A stretch of 64,000 nt of DNA from Calcarisporiella thermophila CBS 279.70 (taxonomy: Eukaryota > Fungi > Calcarisporiellomycota), in the NCBI RefSeq assembly GCF_041956535.1, contig NW_027192197.1:321829-385828 (forward strand), given 5' to 3'. The position numbers were made by a program, and so were the translations under genes. The notes beneath the pieces are model-generated. The model was not told the DNA's origin. It did no database searches and worked only from the letters and a program-made list of their open reading frames with translations. How positions within the stretch are numbered: the first letter of the stretch is position 1; the number at the start of each line of letters is the position of its first letter. Of the stretch, positions 1 through 10,678 are shown one piece after another.

Positions 1-1088
1 GGCCGAGCTGACTGAGGAGACGATCGGAATGCGGATATCCTGACATACCATGGGCTTGTTGCTTAATACAAAAGATCCTTCCGCAGGAAAACGGAATAGA
101 TTGGTTTACCTGCACGGCGTCTACTCCACTTATTTTCAAACTCTTTATTATGCTCTGGGCTCGGTCGGTAATTTCCCTTGATCCCAGACGCATTTCACGC
201 TGGTAGAGGTAGCCGTTCCATATAAAAACCAGGAGTATTAGTAGGGATTCGACAAGAGCACCGGTTAGCCTTAGTTGATATGGTGAGCTATTCAAATAGC
301 CGAAGATATAATATGCAAGCAAAATGAAAATGATGGCAAGGTTGAGAAGCGAAACCGGATGCATCACATAGGCAAGCAGATGAATGTTTTGAGATGAATG
401 TTTACGTTCTTCATCGATGAGCGCCTGTGCTGCCTCAACCAGTTTTCTATAAAAGAGTATGCGCAGAAGTTACCATGAGAGCTATCTGAGGTAATCTGTA
501 TTTGAATAGCACGTACTGTAAGGCTTCTTCGCTCGATAATCCCCTTGTTCCATGATGGCTAGAATCTGAGCTAGAATCGTCGTGCTCATCTTCTCCCTCC
601 GAATGACCAGAAGAATCATCGGAGGAAGTGGAGGAGGAGGAAGAGGAGGAGGAAGAAGAAGAGGCGGCAGCAAGTTCTCTTCCCCAAGCAGGTAGCAGCT
701 CTTCTACAGGTTCTCCTCCGGTATAACATTTAACATTTGCTTCGCCCCCCTCAATCTCAATTAACGCGTAATCTTCACTCTCCAGCATAGTGGTCATTCG
801 CATTACAGGTGAGTCTTCTATGCGCACTTGGAACTCACTATAGTCCGCCTCATCGGAATCAGAAGAATCAGAATCAAATTGCTTGCGCACTTTATCCGAG
901 CTTTCGCTCAGAATACTTGCGGGGCGAACGGGTGGATTGGTAGGGGCGGCATTCTCTTCTGCTTGCACCTGTTCATCGGCGTGCTGGTCAGCAGTTACTT
1001 GAGCGGAGGTGGTGTCTGGTACCTCTCTGGATTGAGGATCGGCGGTTTGATTTGTACTGGAGTCGCCTGACTCATTTTCTCTGCCCAT
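1..1088 (-). CDS. TMEM94: TMEM94/KIAA0195-like P-type-ATPase-related membrane protein, 5' part (continues beyond window start)
   Basis: Exons 1088-517, 446-110 and 39-<1 with GT-AG introns. After an acidic/Ser-rich N-terminus it reads GLSSEEALQKLVEAAQALIDEERK, two hydrophobic helices, REITDRAQSII and DIRIPIVSSVS. This parallels the TMEM94 N-terminal pattern as I recall it (GLSTRKAL..., REVERRLRGII, PDLHMPFAPSWS). Confidence 0.65.
619..663. repeat. GAG/GAA trinucleotide-like tract encoding poly-Ser in the TMEM94-like N-terminus
   Basis: ggaggaagtggaggaggaggaagaggaggaggaagaagaagag on + reads SSSSSSSSSSSTSS on -. Confidence 0.8.
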
Positions 1089-1160
1089 CGTCTAAGATCG
1101 GGCCTATTCAGAAATTTGAACAAACTATTGTGTCCCGTAATCTTTTCGACTTTAGTTAAT

Positions 1161-1168
1161 TGTGACTG
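1161..1168 (-). promoter_or_regulatory. Homol-D-like box (CAGTCACA) in the TMEM94/TOA2 divergent promoter
   Basis: tgtgactg at 1161-1168. The same octamer recurs at 53597 and 58833, also just upstream of start codons. Confidence 0.45.
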
Positions 1169-1273
1169 TTTCCAAGTTATCTTATGAGCCAGGATTACAG
1201 AGGTCTTTATCTTTTATTCTTGATCCATTCCCTCACCTATAAAGAGAGGGGATGTTTAGACTAGTTTAAAAAT

Positions 1274-1835
1274 ATGAGCAGCGACAATTATCTTCATTAC
1301 CGCAGAAGCACGTAAGTAGTTGATCCCCTAAGCATCTGGAATAATATTTTTGATGAAATCATTAAAATTATAATCTACGACATTTGATTGCTCTTTCCCT
1401 TCTCAGGCTTGGTGTAGCCTTGATCGACTCACTAGATGAATTGGTCGCCTCTGGTCACATCAATCCACAGTTGGCAAAGCGCGTCGTAGATCAAGTAAAT
1501 ACATCTATTGTCTTTTTTGTAATATTTTTCAAATTTATGCTATGTAACCTCTACCATTCAGTTTGACAAGAGCATTGCAGAGGCTCTCAACGCTAAGGTG
1601 AAAAATAGAGCGACAATCAAAGTATGCATACATTTTTCAAGGATTATTTTTAGTTTGTGATGGATTGACGGCCCATTTTTAACCAATATAGGGTCACCTC
1701 CATACCTATCGCTTTCTCGACGACGTGTGGACTTTTATTATTGAAAACGCCAACTTTAAATTCGAGCAGGATAGTGTCGAGGCAGACCGAGTAAAGATTG
1801 TAGCATGCAACGCAAAGAAACCTGGCGAACAGTAG
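1274..1835 (+). CDS. TOA2: Transcription initiation factor IIA gamma (small) subunit
   Basis: Four exons give [26 protein letters not shown]...[37 protein letters not shown]...[14 protein letters not shown], with the hallmark TFIIA-gamma motifs. Confidence 0.95.
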
Positions 1836-2196
1836 AAGCGCTGTGAGGGTGCAGTACCTAGGCTGGTTTTTCTATTTTCTCTCTCTTTCTCCCTCCCTCC
1901 CTCCCCCCCTCCCCTTATTGTAATTTAGTACTATTCGCATAAATTTGGAATTTTTTAAATAAAAAAAAGGCTTGGCGGGCCACTGAAAACCCATCTCACT
2001 AATGTAGCGCTGTTGTAGAGAGCTAAGGATGCCTCAAAGAACGACCCTGGGAGGAAGAGAAGAGAGAGGGAATTTCTTCGAGTTTCATATATCTGAAATT
2101 TTGACGTAACGAATTTTTCAAATCGAATTTCGAATAGAGAAAACCTCAAGCTTCTAGCGAAGAAAAGTTCTCTCTCTTTCCCATCGTCAAGTCAAT

Positions 2197-3282
2197 ATGG
2201 TGGTAGGTTGAGATTTCAGTTCTATGAATGTTGGATGATGGATGAAGGCAATTATACAAGGAGATGAGAGACGGATGGATGGATGATTGAAGTCTAAGCT
2301 TGCTGAATGAGAATCTGGATGCGTGATTAATTGAAATATAATGTTGGTTTTCTCTATTAGCGTGGTCCTCGTAAGCATTTGAAGCGACTTGCCGCTCCCA
2401 AGCACTGGATGCTTGATAAATTGACAGGGTGCTATGGTAAAATCTCTTTTTTTTTTGTTACAATGGATGGTGGTTAATTTTCAATCGATTTTTTTTCTTC
2501 GATGCAGCTCCCCGTCCATCTGCTGGCCCCCACAAGGTAAATACAGATCACTACCATTTTGCATTCTCCTCTCGCCTCCCCTTACTAATTTTTGCGATTC
2601 TTTGTAGCTCCGTGAATGTCTTCCTCTGATTATCTTCCTGCGCAATCGCTTGAAGTATGCCCTCAATGGCAAGGAAGTGCAAAGCATTCTGATGCAGCGT
2701 CTTGTCAAGGTCGACGGAAAGGTGCGCACTGACTCCACCTACCCCGCTGGATTCATGGATGTGATCACGATCGAGAAGACCGGTGAACACTTCCGTCTCA
2801 TCTATGATGTCAAGGGTCGTTTCACTGTTCATCGTATCACTGCTGAGGAAGCCTCGTACAAGCTTTGCCGTGTCAAGCGCGTGCAGCTCGGCGCCAAGGG
2901 CATCCCATACATTGTCACCCATGATGGCCGTACTATCCGCTATCCCGATCCTCTCATCAACGTCAACGACACCGTTCGTCTTGACTTGGAGACCGGTAAG
3001 ATTACCGACTTTGTCCACTTCGAGGTTGGCAACGTGTGCATGATCACTGGCGGACGTAACATGGGCCGTGTTGGTGTGATCACCCACCGTGAGCGTCACA
3101 TTGGTGGTTTTGATATCGTCCATATCAAGGACTCGCTCGACCGTCAATTCGCCACCCGTCTGTCGAACGTGTTTGTTATTGGCCAAGGCAACAAGCCCTG
3201 GATCTCGCTTCCCAAGGGCAAGGGTGTTAAGCTTACGATTGCCGAAGAGCGCGATCGCCGCCGCGCACAGGCTTCCCACTAA
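2197..3282 (+). CDS. RPS4: 40S ribosomal protein S4 (eS4)
   Basis: MV|[21 protein letters not shown]...[10 protein letters not shown]|LRECLPL..., then ORF 2650-3282. Strong codon bias; three introns. Confidence 0.98.
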
Positions 3283-3845
3283 ATACTCAAAATCACAAGA
3301 GAGGCTAGCATTAGATCCTAACCTTTAGGACTGATTCTTTCATCTCTTGCCGAAACTACTTTTTTGTTTTTTGTTTTCTGTAACCTTTGAATAATAAAGG
3401 ATACTCTCCTCATTGATTTCAATTCCCACTGCTAATTCCTGTAGTCATTGCAGTTTTCGATGCAATGGGGATTTTTTTAGACAACTCCTACAAGAGTGAT
3501 CCCTGAACTGCAGAGTAGGCCTCTCCATTCAAAGATATTGGGTGGTTGGCAAGTGGAGTCAAGAGTTTCTCAATTCAGTTCAAATTTCTGAGGAATTTGC
3601 ATTGCTCCTCTCTTTGCGTACAGGAGGTATTATTCCTTTATTCCACCACCACCTATGCCCTACTTGAACTAATTTCCCCACCCAAAACCACCGAGAGGCT
3701 CGTCTCACCAAGGAGTGAAATGTTTGACAGCCCACTTAATGCCAAGCCACGCTGGCTTGGAGGATTTTGCACTCGGGTTTTGGAAACCATCCTTTCATTT
3801 TTATCTTTTAGGTTTACCATATACACTAGAGCAGATTCTAATAAT

Positions 3846-4913
3846 ATGTACGGACGACCTCCATATGGGCAAACCACAGTGCCCCCTCAACAAGGCAATT
3901 ACGGTGCTTATCCTCCCCCACAACAATTCTATGGAGGAGGTTATCCTCAGCAGCCATATGGTAGTATATGATCCCAGAAAGCTGTTTCCATTGTGGGAAA
4001 GAATTCTTCGCTAACGTGGAACCCATTAAAATTGATACTTCAGGCCGGCCCCCACCACCAGCGGGGCAACAACCACCTCCGAACGTAGATCCACAACTTT
4101 GGCATTGGTTTAAAGCGGTGGACACGGACAATAGTGGGTTTCTGACGGTGGAGGAGCTTCAGCGCGCTCTAATCAACGGTATTGCTTTTGCGAGATCTGG
4201 CCGTTCGATCATATTTTGACTTTCATTTCATTGCAGGTGATTGGAGCCCCTTCAACATTGAAACGTGTCGAATGATGATCAATATGTTCGATGTCGACAA
4301 TTCAGGAACCATTAACTACCAAGAATTTGCGGGCTTATGGCGCTATATTGAGGTGAATGTCAGCTAAGGTCAGCCAAACTAGAATAGTGCAATTTACCTA
4401 TATTCCATACAGGAATGGAAGCGCTGTTTCCAAACATTTGATCAGGATGGAAGTGGTACAATCAACTTTCAAGAGCTCAAGACCGCACTACGTTCGTTTG
4501 GTTACAAGTAAGAATGCGCCCAGGGTAACTATGATGTGACCACTCCCTTAATGGTTTACACTTCTCTCGCAGCCTCTCAGACAACTTCATTCGGTTATTG
4601 ATCAAAAAATACGATAAGTACGGCACGCAGGATATTACGGTAGGCTGAAAGAATTTGGGTTGTTTGTTTCCAGAACTGAATAACTAATACAGCGGTCTAT
4701 GCGTGTGTGTAGTTTGATCTTTTTTTGCAGGTATGTTACACGATTATCATGTGTTAGTCACTCGGACTGATTATGAAGTCGCCTTGTTCTGTTTAGGCAT
4801 GCGTCACAGTAAAAACGCTGACGGATGCTTTCCGTCGGTTTGACGTGAACGCAAGTGGATGGATACAGATCAACTATGAGCAATTCTTGGAACTTGTGGT
4901 GATGAACCGTTAA
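3846..4913 (+). CDS. PEF1: Penta-EF-hand protein (peflin/ALG-2 family)
   Basis: Gly/Pro/Tyr/Gln-rich N-terminus, then LWHWFKAVDTDNSGFLTVEELQRALINGDWSPFNIETCRMMINMFDVDNSGTINYQEF and ending GWIQINYEQFLELVVMNR. Seven exons, including an 18-nt exon at 4713-4730. Confidence 0.9.
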
Positions 4914-5941
4914 ATTTTTCCTTTTCAATTACTTGTATAGTTTGTAGTCCGGGATCACCTATATTTGTAGTGCGATCTTTAATGTCAGAATTGATCTATT
5001 GTTTCTATTGAATTACTTTTTTTGCTCTGGTATTCTCAAAATGGCAAAACTCTATCCTCAAGGTCTCTTCTAGATTACCGTGTTGTTCCCTTGAAAGAAG
5101 AGGAAGCAACAACAAAATCTTGACGCTTTTTTAAACATTCTCGCGGATCCACCGCGACAGCGCGTCAATCGGTACATTGGTCCTACTGAATACCGAACTG
5201 CTTGAAGATAGGAGAGAATGGTAAGTAGTATTGAGCAGTATTTGACGGCATTGGATTAGAGGGGCTACCGGAGAACTGGGAGAAATGTCTTGGAAGATGT
5301 ATCTAGCAGATGTTGCTCCGAAATTGACCTAGGAAATAGAGCTAGTCGAGAGCGGAATGAGAAGCCCCTGGAGTAGCTCCAATATGATTCTTTTGAAGCT
5401 GTAACGGTTGTACGATATTTGATGGAAGTCAATTGGCGGGGAATGTAATCTTGTTCCCTATTGATTTAATTCAACCGGTTGGCGAGAGCGCGGCATTGAC
5501 GTAATCGCCCGAGTGTGATTTAAGTTCAATCCCACTCGAATGAGATCATGATTGAAGAGCAAGAAACTCAGAAGCTCTGTGAGTCAACGATAAATGCTCG
5601 CGCGTTCTAATTTCCCATATAAGTCCGCATTCGCTGGTGCTCTTGGGCCCGGCTAATTCTAGCGTGTCTAAGGGATCCCTTTTTATTCGAATCCGCGCGT
5701 ATTCGGCGAAAAGATTTACGCCGGCAGCCGTCGCGGGGTAGAAATTCACATCTTGATAGTTGACTAATCTCGACGCTTTTACTAAGAGATGCACAAGCGC
5801 CACCGGAGAGCTATAAAAATTCGTTAATTGTTTTTCCTACAACTTTTTTTTTCCCTCTCTTTTTTAACGTTAGCTCCCTTCTATATATTTTCAATAATAT
5901 CTCTCACGCGCCTTCTTTTATCTTCTGATACCAATAAAAGG

Positions 5942-7880
5942 ATGGCAACCTCTACCGCAGCTGTGAGGCAGTCTATGCTTAAACAGGTGCACAACACACT
6001 CTCCTTAGGCTTAACATTGCTCTGGTTCTCTCTCTATCCCGTACGAAAGCTAATCGCTGCGCTCTTGCGCCTCTTGGTGATCGTTCTCACCCCCTTCTTC
6101 GTTGCATTTTCCCATACCCCCGCGTACCCATGGCTTAAAGAATTTTTCACTGAGCGTCGCGACCTTGTTGTCGTGTTTGTTGCCATTCCCGTTAGTTTTG
6201 TCTATGACCTGTACATGCGCGTGCGCAGTTGGTATGTCTGGTTGTTCCTATCAGCTCCCGCACTGCACGACCAGCGTGTTCGCGATATTCAGGCACAAGT
6301 GAAGCGCTGGAATCTCGATGGTCGCAAGAAACCAATGGTAAACATACACATTCTCTACAAGCGCTTGAAGAAGAGTTGTGAATGACCTTTATTGCTACAA
6401 TAGTGCACTGCTCGTCCAGTATGGGCCTCAATGTCCACGCGACTCTCTACATTCAAGAAAGACTGCAGCCAGATTTCGATCAATTTGCATGATATTCTCG
6501 ATGTGGACACGGAACGGCAGATTGTCCGAGTGGAGCCCTATGTGAACATGGGTCAGCTCACCGACCATCTGACACGCATTGGCTGGACCCTCGCAGTGAC
6601 TGTTGAGATGGAGGATCTTACTGTTGGTGGTCTCTTGATGGGAATTGGCATCGAAAATAATTCGCACATTTACGGTTTCCTTCACGAGACTTGCGAGGCC
6701 TTTGAAGTCGTGCTTGGAGATGGAAGCCTTGTTCGTGCCACACGCACCGAGAACGTCGATCTCTACAACGCTCTCCCCTGGAGCCATGGTAAGCATCCTA
6801 ATCATAGAGTTGCTGTGCAAGACCGCACTTACGCTATTTTTGTGTTCTAGGTACCCTCGGTTTCCTGGTCGCCGCCGAACTCAAAATCATCCCCTGCAAG
6901 CCCTATATGCACGTGAACTATATCCCGTGCCACACGGTTGATGAACTCCAATCCAAGATGTTGGAGCTCACTACGAAGCCAAACCCCCCTCAATTCGTTG
7001 AAGCCACCATCTACTCCAAGGAAACCTCAGTCATTTTCACCGGCAACTTTTCCGATAAGCCCCGTGGCGAGGAAGCCAAGAAGATCAACCGCGTTAATCT
7101 TTGGTTCAAGCCGTGGTACTACAAGCACGTGGAGAAATTCTTGGAAACTGGCCCTGGTGATGAGTATATCCCGTTGCGACACTGGTTCCACCGCCACACT
7201 CGCAGTATCTTCTGGGAGCTCGAGGATTTAGTTCCATACGGCAACACTTGGTGGTATCGCTGGTTCGTTGGATGGCTGGGTGCCCCTAAGATTTCGTTGC
7301 TCAAGGCGACTTGGACTCCCGAGGTGCGCCAAGAGCTCCTTTACAAACACGTGGTTCAAGACATCACTATTCCTATGTCATTAATGAAGGAGAGTATTTA
7401 TCTGTTCGAGGACATCTTCTGCTTGTGTAAGTAAAGAAAAGAATGCAACTGAGGCCTCGTACTGAATTTCTTATGCTAATCATGTGTCTACTTTGTTTAG
7501 ACCCACTTCTTGTTTATCCGGTTCGCATTTTCTCGCACGAGCCATACCAAGGAATGGTTTACAATCCCAAGAACCCTATCAAGGGAACTCAGCCTCCTCA
7601 GGAGATGTACTTCGATCTTGGAGCCTATGGTATCCCTCGTGCCGTGAAAGAAAAGAAGCCTTTCGATGCCCCCAACGCCGTGCGCAAGATGGAAGCTTTT
7701 GCTCGCAGCTGCGGTGGATTCCAGTTCATGTACGCTGATACCTTCCAGACCCGCGAAGAGTTTGAGCAGATGTTCGATCATACCCTCTACCGCCAGTGTC
7801 GCAAAAAATACAATGCAGAAGGTGCATTCCCAGAAGTATGGGAGAAAGTCAAGCCACAGCACGACGTGTTACTCAAGTAG
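5942..7880 (+). CDS. DHCR24: Delta(24)-sterol reductase, FAD-linked (DHCR24/DWF1 family)
   Basis: SAPALHDQRVRDIQAQVKRW, MCTARPVW, VEPYVNMGQL, EMEDLTVGGLLMGIGIE, LPWSHGTLGFLV, HVVQDI, FQFMYAD, AFPEVWEKV. Four exons. Confidence 0.93.
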
Positions 7881-8355
7881 TATTTTGGTAGCGAACGGTT
7901 CTTATTTTATCCCATTTTAGCAGGCCTCCTACTTTTTCTCTTCTTAACCTTAATCATTATTTTTCTCCCGTTGGTCATTCTCTTTTTGCGATTAATAAAA
8001 TTGCTAGTATATTGCTAGATTTGCATCACAATATGAGCGGTTTCATGAAAGTGTGTCGAATGCATGCGTCGAGATGCACAAATGATTCGTTTATTTGGCT
8101 TTCGCATAACAAGTTTTTAAAAATTCAGGAAATAAAAAATGAGGATATCAATGCCAAATTCACACTAGTACAGTTAGGATGGTGTAGCAGCGAAATGTTT
8201 TGAAAAGTTCTAATCTGGAGGATATTTGATTAGCGCTTTGCAGCGAGTAAACCTAACTATACACCCCCATTGGCGCTCACTGTTGGGATCCCATATCTAT
8301 TTGCTTTGACGCACCAACCTTCTCTCCCTTGTAGCAATCAAAGGTCATGCTCAAG

Positions 8356-8365
8356 TTGGGGTGAT
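8356..8365 (-). promoter_or_regulatory. SRE-like element (ATCACCCCAA, 9/10 match to SRE-1 ATCACCCCAC) upstream of ERG25
   Basis: ttggggtgat on +, about 630 nt upstream of a sterol-biosynthesis gene, with an ATTGG/CCAAT box near 8269. Confidence 0.35.
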
Positions 8366-8643
8366 TGATGTTCTTTCATTATAATGGCTATCTAAATATT
8401 CCCTCGTGTCCAAAGTTGATGAATATAGTTCCATCTTGTTAACAGCGTGTTAAAGAAAGGTGCAGCCAAGCCACATATATATACGACTTTGGCATAATGC
8501 TCATTTCAAAGGAGCTCTAATCACTTCATAAAACTTCACTATAACACCACGGCTCAATTCGCTCTAAATACTTATTTCTGAACCATTGTGGTAAATGAGG
8601 CTGCATGCTGCGCTTGAAGGCGTGGCTTGTGCATGCAAGTCAG

Positions 8644-8659
8644 ACCCGACTAGTCGGGT
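8644..8659. repeat. Perfect 16-bp palindrome ACCCGACTAGTCGGGT in the ERG25 upstream region
   Basis: The sequence equals its own reverse complement and contains CCG-N6-CGG. Confidence 0.85.
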
Positions 8660-8994
8660 AGGAGCTTATCGCTATTAAGGTTGCAAAGTCGAGTTCTCGT
8701 ATTACAAATATATGAGCCTATCTTTGGCTGCCAGGCTTTGCACTGTTGTGTATAGAGAATCCTTACCCCCAGTATTGCTCTCTAACATAGAGCAAGTTAC
8801 CGATGGCCTAGTACTCGCTAGATCTTGCTTGATTATTTCCAGTTTGCATACGTCCATAGCATGGAACCGAGCCTTGCTATGGCTAACTGTCAGTGTGAAG
8901 ATTTTAGCTTCGAGATCAGTTCTGGCAACCCTCTGCATCCATTCTGGTGAACTTGGGCCTTCACCTTTCCAGTTCATTTGCAACAAAGCGAGCA

Positions 8995-10318
8995 ATGGCG
9001 TGTATCAAATGGCGTGCAATCAAATTTCAAGCAACTCTACCGTTTTCAACTTCCAACGGTTTCCCGCATTGCTATTTCATTTTTGTATACTCGAGATAAT
9101 TTCGAGGTCGGCGCGCAACGATTGGTGGGATTCGTGTATGGTGATTTTTGTTGATTTGTATAAATGCCTATAGCTTTTGATTTCGGCCCCGAATATACCT
9201 TCCCAATTCTTGTCCCTCCAAAGCCAATTGTAAATAATGTATGTTTAAATGTGGCTGTATTTCGCGTCTATAGTGAAGCGTATTCATCTTATATCTCTTA
9301 TGTTTTGTTTCTAGGGCGTTCAACAGCACGGTAATTCCAGACGGCAACCTCAATTTCGCTGAGCAAATATGGTCGAATTTGTATGCGGGCCGGAACGAAG
9401 CCCTAGTCACTGGGGTTTTGTCATTTGTGCTTCATGAATTAGTCTACTTTGGGCGGTGCATTCCATTCATGATTGCTGACTACATTCCTTCTTTCAAGAA
9501 GTACAAACTTCAGCAGGCATGTTATCTATTTATTACCCAAAATATGACTTTGGCTCCAATATCTTCAATATCCTAACCTACACTTACTCCTTCGTAGGAT
9601 AAACCCAACACTCCCGAAATTCAGTGGAAATGCTTCAAGGGTGTGCTCTTTGGCCATTTCTTTGTTGAGCTTCCGCTCATCTCGCTTTTCCATCCCACCG
9701 CGACCCTTTTCGGCATGCAAATCACCCAGGTGCCATTCCCACACTGGCAGACAATGGCTATGCAAATTGCCTTTTTCTTTGTATTCGAAGACACCTTCCA
9801 TTACTGGTTCCATCGTCTTCTTCACTACGGCCCTTTTTACAAGCATATCCATAAACAGCACCACGAATACGCAGCTCCTTTCGGCCTCTGCGCTGAGTAT
9901 GCTCATCCAGTCGAGGTGCTCATCTTGGGTACGGGCACCATCGGTGGTCCGGTAAGTTGTTACACATTAAATCTGTTTTTCTCTTCATCCTATTCATCTC
10001 TACAACGGGGTTTAGCTTCTCTGGGTGATGGCAACCGGGAATCTCCATATTATCACCGTTTATATCTGGATCACTCTGCGTCTGCTTCAGGCAATTGATG
10101 CCCACTCTGGCTATGACTTTCCTTGGAGCCTTCGTCACTTCCTACCCTTCTGGAGTGGTGCCGAGCACCATGACTACCATCACATGGCATTCGTCAACAA
10201 TTACTCCACCTCTTTCCGCTGGTGGGATGCCATGATGGGTACTGATAAGAAATACAGAGCCTATCGATCTAGGCAGAAGAAGGAGCGCGAGGCCCAAGAC
10301 ACAAAAAAGAGCAACTAG
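8995..10318 (+). CDS. ERG25: C-4 methylsterol oxidase (sterol desaturase/fatty acid hydroxylase family)
   Basis: LNFAEQIW...[13 protein letters not shown], His boxes [16 protein letters not shown] and HHDYHH, plus AEYAHPVE and [11 protein letters not shown]. The start is ATG 8995 or ATG 9009. One GC-AG intron at 9517-9597. Confidence 0.95.
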
Positions 10319-10678
10319 ACTCCTCGATTTCATATTTTTTTGGCTCTTATATAGGTTAGGCAGGTTTTTCTTCCAATTTTTCGTATTCTTTTGTAAATGG
10401 ATTGATTTGACATAGATATTCGTGGGAAATAGACATGTAGTTTACATCGCTACACATATTTTTTTTTTATTAGAATATTACATATCCCACCATTATTTAT
10501 ATTGCTAAAGAAAATTCTCTCTTATTTAATAATATTTACTTTATTTCATCTGATGCTTTGATACGGAACGTTTCGAAATAAATATAAATATCGAAATATA
10601 TATAGAAAGTAACTCTCAAGTTTATTCGTACAAGAAATAAATACAAAAAGCAGGGGAAATCATGAATTGCAACCAAAT

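Noticed and set aside
2203-2360. Possible intronic snoRNA in RPS4 intron 1 (GATG-rich)
   Set aside because: No clean box C (RUGAUGA) and box D pair with a terminal stem that I can support.
2551-3279. 242-aa antisense ORF over RPS4, and similar shadow ORFs over DHCR24, ERG25, catalase and the myosin light chain
   Set aside because: Explained by codon bias on the sense strand; no recognisable domain.
5218-5226. ATG|GTAAGT resembling an alternative first exon of DHCR24
   Set aside because: The candidate acceptors at 5874 and 5940 do not put it in frame with DHCR24.
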